DNA of 64,000 nucleotides, taken from NCBI GenBank assembly GCA_038215615.1, contig JBBQQR010000009.1:1-64000 (forward strand), read 5' to 3'. How positions within the stretch are numbered: the first letter of the stretch is position 1; each line of letters begins with the position of its first letter. The translations under genes were made by a program, and so were the position numbers. The stretch is from Vulcanimicrobiales bacterium (GTDB taxonomy: Bacteria; Vulcanimicrobiota; Vulcanimicrobiia; Vulcanimicrobiales; Vulcanimicrobiaceae). This document shows positions 50,969 to 61,700 of the stretch, one piece after another. The notes beneath the pieces are model-generated. The model was not told the origin of the DNA and made no database searches. It saw nothing but the letters and a program-made list of their open reading frames with translations.

Positions 50969-52167
50969 GCTTCGAGCGCCTTTATGCCGGGGAGTTCTTT
51001 ACCCTCGAGAAATTCGAGCGTCGCGCCGCCCCCGGTGCTTACGTGCGTGACGTTCTCCGCAAAGCCGAGCTCCTCGGCCGCAGCCGCGGCGTCGCCGCCG
51101 CCGACGACCGTGCGCGCGCCGCGCCCCGTTGCGCGCGCCATCGCTTCACCGACCGCTCGCGTACCTTCGCGGTAGGGCGGTTTCTCGTAGACGCCCATCG
51201 GTCCGTTGAAAACCACGGTGCGCGCCGCTTCGATGGTCTTCGCATACGCGGCGGCAGTCTTCGGTCCGATGTCGAGGATCATGGAATTGCCGACGTCTGA
51301 CAGTTCGACTGTGTGCGCGCCGGCATCATCGTCGAACTTTGCCGAAACGACCGCGTCGACCGGAAGCATCATCTCGACGCCGCGCTTGGCAGCGAGCTCG
51401 AGCATTGCTTGGGCCGGCTGCAAATCGTCGTCGCGCAGCGACGTGCCGACATCGATCCCTTGTGCCGCCAAAAATGTGTTTGCCATTCCTCCGCCGATGC
51501 AGAAGGCCGTCACACGATCCATCAGGTTATTGAAGACGCCGACCTTGTCTTTGACCTTCGCTCCACCGATCACGCACACGTAGGGCCGGTGAGGATCGGT
51601 CAGGAGGTTCGAAAGCTCGGCGATCTCGGCTTCCATGAGCAAACCGGCGAAGGCCGGCAAGCAATGCGCGACGCCTTCGGTTGAAGCGTGCGCGCGGTGC
51701 GCCGTTCCGAAAGCGTCGTTGACGTAGAGATCGGCCAGCGCCGCCAGCTGCTTTGCAAAATGCGGATCGTTCCGTTCTTCACCCGGTTCGAAGCGGACAT
51801 TTTCGAGCATCACGATCTGTCCATCGCGCAGTGATTCAGAAGCTTCTTGCGCGGCGGGACCCACCACGTCGGGCACCAGGGGCACATCACGGTGCAAGCG
51901 TTCGGCTAGGGCAGCGGCAACCGGTTTCAACGTGTATTTCGGGTTGCGTTTGCCCTCCGGCCGCCCCAAATGCGAAACGATGATCGTGCGCGCGCCGCGA
52001 TCGGAAAGATAGCGTAACGTCGGGAGCGCGGAATCGATCCGTTTGTAGTCGAGAATAGCCTGCCCTGAGCCTGCCGAAGGGTCTTTGAGCGGCACGTTGA
52101 GGTCTTCGCGGAGCAGCACGCGCTTGCCGCGCACGTCCGCGTCTTTCAGTGTGCGAAGCGTGGGCAC
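50965..52167 (-). CDS. pgk: phosphoglycerate kinase
   Basis: [44 protein letters not shown] overlaps the gap stop. Confidence 0.97.
   Translation of the reverse strand: MPTLRTLKDADVRGKRVLLREDLNVPLKDPSAGSGQAILDYKRIDSALPTLRYLSDRGARTIIVSHLGRPEGKRNPKYTLKPVAAALAERLHRDVPLVPDVVGPAAQEASESLRDGQIVMLENVRFEPGEERNDPHFAKQLAALADLYVNDAFGTAHRAHASTEGVAHCLPAFAGLLMEAEIAELSNLLTDPHRPYVCVIGGAKVKDKVGVFNNLMDRVTAFCIGGGMANTFLAAQGIDVGTSLRDDDLQPAQAMLELAAKRGVEMMLPVDAVVSAKFDDDAGAHTVELSDVGNSMILDIGPKTAAAYAKTIEAARTVVFNGPMGVYEKPPYREGTRAVGEAMARATGRGARTVVGGGDAAAAAEELGFAENVTHVSTGGGATLEFLEGKELPGIKALEA
52058..52081 (+). repeat. short REP-like unit, in frame inside pgk
   Basis: GCCTG CCC TGAG CCTG CCGAA GGG (24 bp) encodes PSAGSGQA on the gene strand. 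Confidence 0.8.
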
Positions 52168-53180
52168 TACGCTCGCGCGGGTATTTTTTCGAGCACCAGC
52201 GCGGTGAGGTCGGCCAGGCGGCACGAGTATCCCCACTCGTTGTCGTACCAGGCCGCGATCTGTACGAGATCGCCGTTAGCGTTGGTCAGCAGCGAATCCA
52301 CGATCGAGCTGTACGTGGATTTTTTGAAGTCGCTCGAAACGAGTTCTTCATCGCAGTAGCGCACGTATTCGCTCATTTCCCCGCCGGCGGCGCGCTTGAG
52401 GATCTGATTGACTTCGTCTTTGGTTGTCTCGCGTTTGACCTGCGCGACTAAGTAGATCATCGAAACCGTCGCCGTTGGAACGCGCAAAGCGAAACCGTCG
52501 AAGGTGCCTTTGATTTCGGGAATCGTCAGATACAGCGCTTTGGCTGCACCGGTAGACGTCGGGATAATGTTCGTCGCAGCGTTGCGGGCGCGGCGCAGAT
52601 CTTTATGCGGTGCGTCCAAAATATTTTGATCGTTGGTGTAGGAATGGATCGTCGACATAAAACCTTTGACCCAGCCCAGATTGTCGACGATGGGTTTGAC
52701 GGCGGTCGCTAAGCAATTCGTCGTGCAGGATGCATTGGAGATGATGTGGTGTGTTTCGGGATCGTAGTTGCGCTCGTTCACGCCGAGCACGATCGTAATA
52801 TCCTCGCCCTTGGCGGGCGCGGAGATCAGCACTTTTTTCGCGCCGCCGCCGGTGATATGGGCGCGCGCTTTGTCGGCGTCGGTAAATAAGCCGGTCGATT
52901 CGATCACCACGTCGGCCCCCAGATCTTTCCACGGGAGCTTTCCGGGATCGCGCTCGGCGAGCACCTTGATTTTTCGCCCGTTAATGACGAGCGAGTCGCC
53001 GTCGCAGGAGACGTCGCCGTCGAACGTGCCGTAGTTTGAATCGTACTTGAAAAGATGCGCGCATTCCGCGGAGGTCGTAAGGTCGTTGACTGCGGCGATC
53101 TCGATCTCGGGATGCCGCTCGAGCAGAGCTTTGGTAAAGTTTCTTCCGATGCGGCCGAAGCCGTTGATACCAATTCGCAT
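52167..53180 (-). CDS. gap: type I glyceraldehyde-3-phosphate dehydrogenase
   Basis: [32 protein letters not shown]; alternative ATG at 53201. Confidence 0.97.
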   Translation of the reverse strand: MRIGINGFGRIGRNFTKALLERHPEIEIAAVNDLTTSAECAHLFKYDSNYGTFDGDVSCDGDSLVINGRKIKVLAERDPGKLPWKDLGADVVIESTGLFTDADKARAHITGGGAKKVLISAPAKGEDITIVLGVNERNYDPETHHIISNASCTTNCLATAVKPIVDNLGWVKGFMSTIHSYTNDQNILDAPHKDLRRARNAATNIIPTSTGAAKALYLTIPEIKGTFDGFALRVPTATVSMIYLVAQVKRETTKDEVNQILKRAAGGEMSEYVRYCDEELVSSDFKKSTYSSIVDSLLTNANGDLVQIAAWYDNEWGYSCRLADLTALVLEKIPARA

Positions 53181-53197
53181 AGGACTTTCGCCTTTAG

Positions 53198-54082
53198 TCA
53201 TCTCGAAGCGGATTCCCCGCGCAGGCGGCGCGCCAAGCGCGCCAGCGCGTTCAGACGGCTGCCGGCGGCCGGCTTGGATATGGGTGGACTGCAGCGCTTG
53301 CCCAGCTCCGCCAAACTTTCGTCGGGATGGTTGAGGCGCAGCTCCGCAATCTCGCGCAACGCCGCGCTCAAGTGGCGCAGGCCGTACGCAGAGCTGACGT
53401 AATCGATGATCTCGCGCTGTGCGGCGGCTGCGCCGGCGACTCGCTCGAGATTTGCCGCTTCTGTGTTCACCAAGCGATGAATGCGATTCTTGGTTTCCTT
53501 GAGCGCGTGGATGCCTTCAAGTTCCAATACGGTGTTGTGCGCGCCGGTGATGCCGAAGAACTGGACGATCGCCTCGAAGTCTTTATAGTAGAGCGTCGTG
53601 CGTTCGCTGCGGCGCATATTTTTCGGCGCACCGGCGACGGCGCGCAGGATCCATTCGAGTCGCTCGGCTCGCTCGCGATCCGGCGGCACGAACTCCAAGT
53701 GATAACCTTGCGATCCGGCGGATACCGAACCGCACGTCAAAAACGCGGCGCGAGCTTCCATCACACGATCGCATTTCCGAACCGGTTTGCGTGCGCGTTC
53801 GGGCTCGACCGGTATCGCAATTCGCTGCGCCGTGCGGTTTGTTTTCGTTGTCATCCTGAGGTTGTCGAAGGACCCCGAGGGGCGAGCGAAGCGAGCCTCA
53901 CGAGGGGAAAGCCTTAAAAGAAGCCGTGCAACCGCGTTGCGATGTGTCACAAAGTATGTACGCTTGCCGATCGATCGAGTACCGTAGAGTACGAGGCCGG
54001 CGAGCAGTGCTTCGCGGCAGTGCGCCTGCTCCGGCAGATCGCGTGCCAGCGCGTCTTTGGTGTCGGCGGAAAGATTACGCAT
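53198..54082 (-). CDS. whiA: DNA-binding protein WhiA
   Basis: R.AFL..GSVS...[31 protein letters not shown]. Confidence 0.9.
   Translation of the reverse strand: MRNLSADTKDALARDLPEQAHCREALLAGLVLYGTRSIGKRTYFVTHRNAVARLLLRLSPREARFARPSGSFDNLRMTTKTNRTAQRIAIPVEPERARKPVRKCDRVMEARAAFLTCGSVSAGSQGYHLEFVPPDRERAERLEWILRAVAGAPKNMRRSERTTLYYKDFEAIVQFFGITGAHNTVLELEGIHALKETKNRIHRLVNTEAANLERVAGAAAAQREIIDYVSSAYGLRHLSAALREIAELRLNHPDESLAELGKRCSPPISKPAAGSRLNALARLARRLRGESASR
53849..53907 (+). repeat. REP-like composite palindrome, in frame inside whiA (antisense to the gene)
   Basis: TGTCA TCC TGAG GTTG TCGAA GGA CCC CGAG G GGC GA GCGAAGC GA GCC TCA CGAG GGG. Confidence 0.88.
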
Positions 54083-54350
54083 CGTCGTCGGGGCGATCTT
54101 CTACGACGTCGTACAACGCGGCCGCTTTGACCGCGGGCGTCATGCGCAGCGGAACTTCACGGATTCGCACGGTCACGTACCTGGTGGCGTAGTGGATGAC
54201 CAGAACGTCACCGGGACGCACGTCGTACCCCGGCTTGAGCGCTTTGCCGTCTTTGGTTATCCGGCCGTGAACGAGTGCTTCATGCGCCTCGCTGCGCCGC
54301 TTGCTTAAGCGCGAGATTTTCATGAACTTATCGAGTCGCACTTGCACCAT
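54075..54350 (-). CDS. S4-domain RNA-binding protein (YabO/Hsp15-like)
   Basis: VRLDKFMKISRLSKRRSEA...G.I..DGK..KP...V.PGD. Confidence 0.85.
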   Translation of the reverse strand: MVQVRLDKFMKISRLSKRRSEAHEALVHGRITKDGKALKPGYDVRPGDVLVIHYATRYVTVRIREVPLRMTPAVKAAALYDVVEDRPDDDA

Positions 54351-54396
54351 TTCCCGAAAAAAGAGATCGGCACCCTGCTCGCCAACCCGAGCGCCG

Positions 54397-55793
54397 ATGG
54401 CGACGGCAGCTCGCCCGGCCATGCGCCGCGGCCAAGTCAACATTTTCGACGAAAGCCGGCCGATGTGGCGGCTCTTTCTGATTTTCCTGGTGCCGCTGCT
54501 GCTCAGCAACATGTTGCAGTCGGCCTCGCAAACGGTGGCCAGCATCTACCTCGGGCAGTTGATCGGCGTTCGCGCGTTGGCGGCGGTCTCCGGAATCTTC
54601 CCGATCATTTTCTTGCTGATCTCGTTTTTGATCGGACTCTCGAGCGGCAGCACCATCCTGATCGGTCAGGCGTTCGGCTCGGGCAACGTCCCCGCGATGA
54701 AGCGGGTCGCCGGCACGACGCTTTCGATCAGCGTCATGCTTGGAATCGTCGTCGCGGTCATCGGGATTTTCTTTAGCAACGACCTCCTGCGGCTCATCCA
54801 CACTCCGGCCGACATCTTGCACGACTCGACGGTGTACTCGCAGCTCATTTTCTTTTCGTGCCCGATGTTGTTTCCGTACTTGGCGTACACAACGTTTATT
54901 CGCGGTACCGGCGATTCTCAAACCCCGTTTTACTTCCTGATCGTCAGCGCTATACTTTTAGCCATTCTTACCCCGCCTTCATTTTGGGCTGGGGCGGCTT
55001 TCCGCGCCTGGGAGTTTCGTCGGCAGCCATCGCCGGATACATCAGCAATGCCATTGCGTTCGTCGCCCTGCTGGTGCTTTTGGCGCGCCGCAAGGATCCG
55101 CTCTCGTTCGATTTCGAGATGATGCGCGACATGCGCATCGATTGGAAGATCATGAAAACCGTGGTCCGGCTGGGCGTGCCGATCGGTTTGCAAGTCATTA
55201 TGGTTGCGCTGGCGGAGATCGCCGTCATCAGTTTTGTGAACCGCTTCGGTTCGGACGCGACGGCCGCGTACGGCGCGGTCAACCAGATCGTCGGCTACGT
55301 GCAGTTCCCGGCCATCAGCATCGGCATTGCCGCTTCGATCTTCGGCGCACAGTGCATCGGCGCCAAACGGGAAGACAAGCTCAACAGCGTTATCCGGTCG
55401 GGCGTCGGTCTGAACTACGCTATCGGCGGCCTCATCATCTTGCTCTGCTACATTTTTGCGTGGAATATTCTCGGGTGGTTCGTGACCGCCGAGCGTCCGT
55501 TGCAGATCGCGCACGCGTTGCTGATGATCACGTTGTGGAGTTACCTGCTCTTCGGCAACTCATCCGTGTTGAGCGGCGTGATGCGCAGCAGCGGAACGGT
55601 CTTTTGGCCGACGTTTAACGGTATCTTCGCAATATGGGCGGTAGAAGTTCCCGCCGCCTGGATCCTGATGCACAAGTACGGCATCGACGGAATTTGGATG
55701 GGCTACCCGATTGCCTATTGCGTCGTCGTGCTCTTGCAGTTCGGCTACTACGAACTGTTCTGGAAGCGCATGACGCACGAGCGCCTAATCTAG
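54397..55793 (+). pseudogene. MATE efflux transporter split by a 1-nt frameshift near 54971-54974
   Basis: The N-half (RGTGDSQTP...AILT) and C-half (PAFILGW..LGVSSAA.A) join if one C is added to the C4 run. Confidence 0.85.
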
Positions 55794-55858
55794 TACGGGC
55801 CACATAAAGTTAATCACAAGGAAACCTAGCGGCAACGTTCGTAGTGCTTGATAGCGTG

Positions 55859-56197
55859 ATGGATAGAGAGCCGACCACTCGCGAGCTTATGGAAGCCCTG
55901 ATCGATTTTAAGGACGGGGTCGCTGAGCAATTTACCGGAGTTTCGGGGCAATTTGCCAGGGTCAACGAGCGGTTCGATCGTGTCGATGCCAAACTCGTTG
56001 AACACGACAAGCGCCTCGAAGGCGTAGAATTCCACGTCGCCTCCTTAGACCGGCGCGTTGGCCACATTGAAACGCGCCTAGAAAACGTCGAGACTCGCCT
56101 GGGACACGTCGAAACGCGTGCTGTAAGCATAGATGCTTGTGTAGGCAGAATTGGCGTCAGCGTCGAGCAGTTACAGCGTCGGCTGCCCGCCTACTAG
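55859..56197 (+). CDS. small heptad-repeat coiled-coil protein
   Basis: [45 protein letters not shown]. Confidence 0.6.
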   Translation: MDREPTTRELMEALIDFKDGVAEQFTGVSGQFARVNERFDRVDAKLVEHDKRLEGVEFHVASLDRRVGHIETRLENVETRLGHVETRAVSIDACVGRIGVSVEQLQRRLPAY

Positions 56198-56565
56198 ATC
56201 CGTTTTTTCTTTCGCGGCGTAACGCACGTGCCGGACGCTCGGCATACGACGATCGGTTCCGCGAGCGCGTCGGCGGCGGACGGGCCGGCATCCGGACGCG
56301 CCGCGATGACCTTGCGAGCCTCAAACGACATCTTGCGCGACGTATTGCCGGTGCTTTCGATGCGCCCCGACGCCTCGATGTAGTCGCCCGCGCGTACGGG
56401 CGCGAGAAACTCGACGCTGTCGTATCCGGCGAATAAGCCTTCATCGCCGTCGAGGCGGATGAGCAGCTCCGTCGCAACGTCGCCGAAGAGCTCGAGCATG
56501 CGCGCACCGTCGACCAAGTCTCCGCCGTAGTGCGCGTCGCTAGAACTCATCCGTACGCGAATCAT
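56194..56565 (-). CDS. kal: hotdog-fold 3-aminobutyryl-CoA ammonia-lyase-like protein
   Basis: [50 protein letters not shown]. Confidence 0.8.
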   Translation of the reverse strand: MIRVRMSSSDAHYGGDLVDGARMLELFGDVATELLIRLDGDEGLFAGYDSVEFLAPVRAGDYIEASGRIESTGNTSRKMSFEARKVIAARPDAGPSAADALAEPIVVCRASGTCVTPRKKKRI

Positions 56566-57740
56566 GCTCGTGCGGTCTTTGCCATTTTCCACAATTCCTC
56601 GAGTTCGTCCAGCGTCATGTCGGCGAGTGACTTGCCGTCTTTGGCGGCGCGCGCTTCCATGAAACAAAAGCGTTTGTAAAACTTCTCGTTCGCCTCGCGC
56701 ATCGCCGCTTCCGCGTCGATTCCGAGCGCGCGCGATAGGTTAACCAGCGTGAAGAACACGTCGCCGAGCTCTTCGCGCACGTGCGGATCGTCCTGCTTGG
56801 CGCGCCGGGCTTCGGCCAGTTCGCGCAGCTCCTCGACGAGCTTCTCGAGAATCTGAGAGGCCGCCGGCCAGTCGAAACCCACGCGGGCCGCTTTCTCTTG
56901 CATGCGCTGGCCGCGCTGCATCGCTCCGAGATGCCGCGGAATGCCGTCCAGGCGGCTGCGCCGTTTGCGCCCGGTGGCCTCTTCGGCTTTGAGACGTTCC
57001 CAGTTTTTCCACTGCGCGTCGACGTCTTCGATCACGGCCTCGCCGAACACGTGCGGATGGCGCCTGATCATTTTGTTCGAGAGCGCGTCGATGACGTCGG
57101 CGCTCGTGAACCGTCCCGTTTCGCTTCCGATTTGCGCGTGAAAAACGATCTGCAGCAGCAGGTCGCCGAGTTCTTCGCTGAGTGCGGTTTCGTCATTCAG
57201 CTCGATCGCTTCGACCACTTCGTACGTTTCTTCGATGAGATACGGCACGAGCGTGCGGTGGGTCTGTTCGCGATCCCACGGGCACGACCGGCGCAAACGC
57301 GCCATGATTTCGATTAAGTCGTTCCACGTGTGGTGCGTGGAAGCGGGCGGTAGCGGCACGAGCGGCATGGCGATCGCCGCCGAGAGCGTATCGCGCGGGA
57401 CGCCCGGCACGATCTCCGTCCGAATCCCGCGGCTTTCGAGCGCGCGCACGAATTGCGGCAACCCGGGAAAGTCCGAAAGCGGATTCCCGAGGACGCCTAT
57501 TGCGATATCGCTGCCCTGCAGCGACGCCGCGACGCTCTCGATAGCTTCAGTTGCGCCGCGGACGAAGAGTGCGGGATCGGCGGCGAGACCGGTGACGATC
57601 TCGACGCCTTGTGATTCGATGTAGGCGATCAGTTCCGACGGCGCGAGCATCAGTGCGGCGCGCCGCGACGCGCGCAGGGCATCGAGACTTCCCAGCGTGA
57701 GCAGTCCCGGATCGCCCGGCCCGAGCCCGACGATGCGCAC
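56562..57740 (-). CDS. mazG: MazG nucleoside triphosphate pyrophosphohydrolase with N-terminal tetrapyrrole-methylase-like region (YabN type)
   Basis: [40 protein letters not shown], second EELGD. Confidence 0.92.
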   Translation of the reverse strand: MRIVGLGPGDPGLLTLGSLDALRASRRAALMLAPSELIAYIESQGVEIVTGLAADPALFVRGATEAIESVAASLQGSDIAIGVLGNPLSDFPGLPQFVRALESRGIRTEIVPGVPRDTLSAAIAMPLVPLPPASTHHTWNDLIEIMARLRRSCPWDREQTHRTLVPYLIEETYEVVEAIELNDETALSEELGDLLLQIVFHAQIGSETGRFTSADVIDALSNKMIRRHPHVFGEAVIEDVDAQWKNWERLKAEEATGRKRRSRLDGIPRHLGAMQRGQRMQEKAARVGFDWPAASQILEKLVEELRELAEARRAKQDDPHVREELGDVFFTLVNLSRALGIDAEAAMREANEKFYKRFCFMEARAAKDGKSLADMTLDELEELWKMAKTARA

Positions 57741-57773
57741 CCTTCGACTCGCTGCGCTTCGCTCAGGGCGGGC
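57740..57773 (-). repeat. single REP-like unit abutting the mazG start codon
   Basis: Reverse complement: GCCCG CCC TGAG CGAA GCGCAGC GAG TCGAA GGG, whose last G is the first base of GTG. Confidence 0.8.
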
Positions 57774-57794
57774 TATGCTCGGTGCCTTCTTGGG

Positions 57795-58724
57795 CTACTT
57801 CGTCTGCGCCGGCGCCGGGGCCGCAGCGGCCGGGAGCGGCGTCGGGAAGAGACCGGCGAAGCGCGGGTCGCTGACGTCGATCTTTGCGGTTTGCTGCTGC
57901 TGCTGTAAGAACTGCTGGATCAGCGGACTCTCTTGCTGCTGTTTGAGCATCTGCGTGATCTTTGCCGTAGAGTTAGCGAGCGTGGCCTTTGTCGCCGGCG
58001 TGCGCGCCTCGATCTCGATAATGTGATAACCCAAAGGCGATTTAATCGGCGCGCTGACCTTTCCGATCGGTCCGCTGAAAACGTAGGCGTCGAAGGTCGG
58101 CACCATGCGGCCCCGCGGGAACAACCCTAGTTCTCCGCCGTTGCTTTTGCTGCCCGGATCCATTGAGTATTGTTTTGCCTCGGCGGCAAAATCTTTGCCG
58201 GCTTTCAGCTCGGCTTCGATTTTTTGTGCGGTGGCGAGGTCCGCAACGAGAATGTGGCGAGCGCGGGCCTGCGCCGGCTGATCGAGCTGCGCGTGATTGA
58301 GTTTGAAGTACGCTGCGATTTGGCCCGGCGGAATGTGCACGCCGGCGCCGACGGCTTTATCCAAAATGATCTGACGGCGGATCAAATCTTGCACGTCCTG
58401 TTCGGAGAGGCCGCGCGCTTTCAGCAGCTGATCCCACTGATTGGCGGGATATTGCGCCTTGTACTGATTTTCGATCTTGTCGATCTCGGGTTGCGAGACC
58501 GTAATCTTGTGGCTTTGCGCGTACTGATCGATCAGGTCGTCGGTCACCATCAGTTGCAGCACGTTGCGTGCCGTGACGGGTGTCGAACTGTTTTCGAGCT
58601 TTGTATCGAGCTGATCGCGTGTGATCGCCTGGCCGTTAACGGTGAGAATCGTGCTGCCGCCGGAGCCGCATGCGGTAAGTGTGGCCGCGAGCAACACCGC
58701 GGCTATTGATGTAAATTTTATCAC
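57795..58724 (-). CDS. prsA: PrsA-like peptidyl-prolyl isomerase lipoprotein
   Basis: Lipobox LTAC; ARHILV, F...AK.YS.D.GS..NGG.LG, GYHII. Confidence 0.88.
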   Translation of the reverse strand: MIKFTSIAAVLLAATLTACGSGGSTILTVNGQAITRDQLDTKLENSSTPVTARNVLQLMVTDDLIDQYAQSHKITVSQPEIDKIENQYKAQYPANQWDQLLKARGLSEQDVQDLIRRQIILDKAVGAGVHIPPGQIAAYFKLNHAQLDQPAQARARHILVADLATAQKIEAELKAGKDFAAEAKQYSMDPGSKSNGGELGLFPRGRMVPTFDAYVFSGPIGKVSAPIKSPLGYHIIEIEARTPATKATLANSTAKITQMLKQQQESPLIQQFLQQQQQTAKIDVSDPRFAGLFPTPLPAAAAPAPAQTK

Positions 58725-58747
58725 CGCCGCCCGATTCGAGCCGGGCC

Positions 58748-61700
58748 CTAAATCGCCTCTAACAGGTCGCGCAGCAGCGGCATCCAGAGTGATTCGGGCG
58801 ACGCGCCGCCGCGCAGCGCGGGCAGCTCGACGAGCACTTTTCCGTCGCCGAAACGGTAGCGGTTTCCGGTCAGCTTGCCAAAGCGCGCAATGGCGCTGGG
58901 CGCCAACGCAAAGCTCGAACCGACGCCGAGCGTCAGCCGCTTCTCGTCGACGATCACGCGCGTCACGTGCTTCTGCAGTGCGATCGCGCGCAGCTTGGTT
59001 ATCTCGACCAGATTCTCCAGCGGCTTCGGAAATGGGCCGAAACGATCGCGCACGCCGGCGGCGACCTCTTCGACCTGCGCCCGCGTGCGCGATCGCGCGA
59101 GCTGCTGATAGATGGCGATCTTCTGTGAAACCTGCGGCACGTAATCGTTGGGAACGTACGCGTCGATCTTGACGTCGATGACCGCCTCGCGCCGCTCTTC
59201 GAGCGCGGCTTGTTGCCCCTTTCGCTCGGCGATCGCTTCGGCCAAGAGCTGGCAGTACGTATCGAAACCGACCGAGGCGATGAAGCCGGACTGCGCCGCT
59301 CCGAGCAGGTTGCCGGCGCCGCGAATCTCGAGATCGCGCATGGCGATCTGCAGGCCGCTGCCCAAATGCGCGAATTCGCGAATCGCTTCGAGCCGCGCTT
59401 TGGCTTCTTGCGAAAGCGATTTGTGCGCTTGATAGAGCAAGTACGCATAGGCTTGATGGTTCGAACGCCCGACGCGGCCGCGTAATTGGTAGAGCTGCGC
59501 CAGCCCGAATTTGTCGGCGTCGTTGACGACGATCGTATTGACGTTGGGGATGTCGATGCCGTTTTCGATGATCGTCGTGGCGACCAGCACGTCGATGTTG
59601 CCTTCGATGAATGCCTGCATAACCGGTTCGATCTCGGCTTCGCTCATCTGCCCGTGTCCGACGGCGATGCGCGCGCGCGGAACCAGGCGCTCCAGTGCGT
59701 TCTTGACGGCGTAGATCGATTCGATCCGGTTGTGCAGGTAGTAAATCTGTCCCCCGCGGTCGAGCTCGGCCGTTATGGCGCGCTGCACGACGGCATCGCT
59801 GGCCGGCACTACCACCGTTTTGATCGACATGCGGTTCTTGGGTGCGGTTTGAATGAGCGAGAGATCGCGCACGCCCAGGAGCGACATGTGCAGCGTGCGC
59901 GGAATCGGTGTGGCCGAGAGCGTCATGACGTCGACGCTGGCGCGCAGTGCTTTCAGGCGCTCTTTTTGCATTACGCCGAAGCGCTGTTCTTCGTCGACCA
60001 CGATCAATCCGAGATCGGCAAAGACGACGTCTTTCTGCAGCAGCCGGTGCGTCCCGATGACGATGTCGACGCGGCCTTGCGCCAACTCGCGCAGAATCTC
60101 GCGCTGTTCTTTCTTGCTCTTGAAACGTGAGAGCTCTTCGATCCGGATTGGGAATCCGGCAAAACGGCTGGCGAACGTACGGTAATGCTGCGCGGCCAGC
60201 AGCGTGGTCGGTACGAGCAGCCCAACTTGTTTTTTGTCCGCAATCGCCTTAAACGCCGCGCGGATGGCGACTTCGGTTTTTCCATAACCGACGTCGCCGC
60301 AGACGAGGCGATCCATCGGGCGCGCGCTTTCCATGTCGGCCTTCGATTCGTCGATCGCTTTGCGCTGGTCCGGCGTCTCTTCGTAGGGAAAAGCCTCTTC
60401 CAGCTCGGCTTGCCACGGCGTGTCCGGCGCAAAGGCGTGTCCGCGCGACATTTCGCGCTCGGCGTATAGGGCCACCAAGCCATCGGCTATTTTTGCGAGC
60501 GACTCCGAAACGCGCGATTTGGTGCGCGCCCAATCGGCGCCCCCCATGCGCGAGAGCCGCGGCGTGGCGCCTTCGGCTGCGCTGTATTTGGCGATCTGGT
60601 GCATCTGCGTAACGGGCACGAGCATGCGGTCGGTGCCGGCATAGGCCAGATCCAGATAGTCTTGCGTTGCGCCCAGAATCGTTTCGGTCCGCAGCCCCAG
60701 ATATTGGCCGATCCCGTGTACGCTGTGCACCACGTAATCGCCGACGCGCAAGTCGGCCAGCGTGACCGGCACGCCTTCCTTGACCGCGCGAATTTTGACG
60801 CGTTTGGGCGGCTGTCCGTAAATCTCACGATCGCCCAGCACGCGCAAACGCAGCTCGGGAATGACGAATCCGCTCTCAATGGATCCGTGGCCGATGAAGA
60901 TGCCGCTAATGGAAGCCGCGTTTACGATATCGGTCGTGCGCGCAGCCCCTGTTGTAACGAGTGTCACCGTTTCGCCCGCTTGCGTCCAATCGCGTAGCGC
61001 TTGCGTGAACATCTCGATCTGCCGGTTGAAGTGTTCGGCCGGACGCGTTTCGAGCACGAACGACTGTACGACGCGGGGCAGCCATTCCAGCGATTGCGCG
61101 CTTTCGATCGCGCCGGGAAACGCTAACGCGCGCGTGCGCGCAAACGATTGGGAAAGATCGCGCAGCCGCGGATACGGCGCGATCACTTCGCCGAGCAGCG
61201 ATTCTTGCACGTCCGCGGAGCGCACCGAGAGCTGATCGGATGCGAGCGCCTCGAGCAAGACGCTTTGCTCGCGCGAGCGTTCGTCGTCGAGTGCGCGCTC
61301 CAGCGTTGCGAGCATGCCCGGTTCGTCGAACACGAGCGTCGCGTGCTCCGAAAGGAAATCGAGGACTGTTTCACGCTCGTCAAACGCCAGTGAAAGCCAC
61401 GCCGGGGGTATCTCCGCGCCCGTTTCGATGTACGATTTCACTGCGTCCGCGACGTTGCCCGGCGCATCTAAACGCTCGAGCACGCGAACGCGCAACGTTT
61501 CGTCGCGTGGGATTTCACTCCACGGCACGATCTCGATCTCAGGCAGAGTGCCTTCGCTGCGCTGCGATTCCAATTCGAATGGGCGGATGGTCTCAACCGT
61601 GTCGCCGAAAAACTCGACGCGCGCCGGACGGTCGGCGGTCGGCGGAAACACGTCGACGATTCCGCCGCGCACGGCGTATTCGCCGGCGGCGCTCACGACG

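Noticed and set aside
53198..54082. WhiA as a mobile homing endonuclease driving the repeats
   Set aside because: WhiA is a known domesticated LAGLIDADG-derived DNA-binding protein in a usual position upstream of gap.
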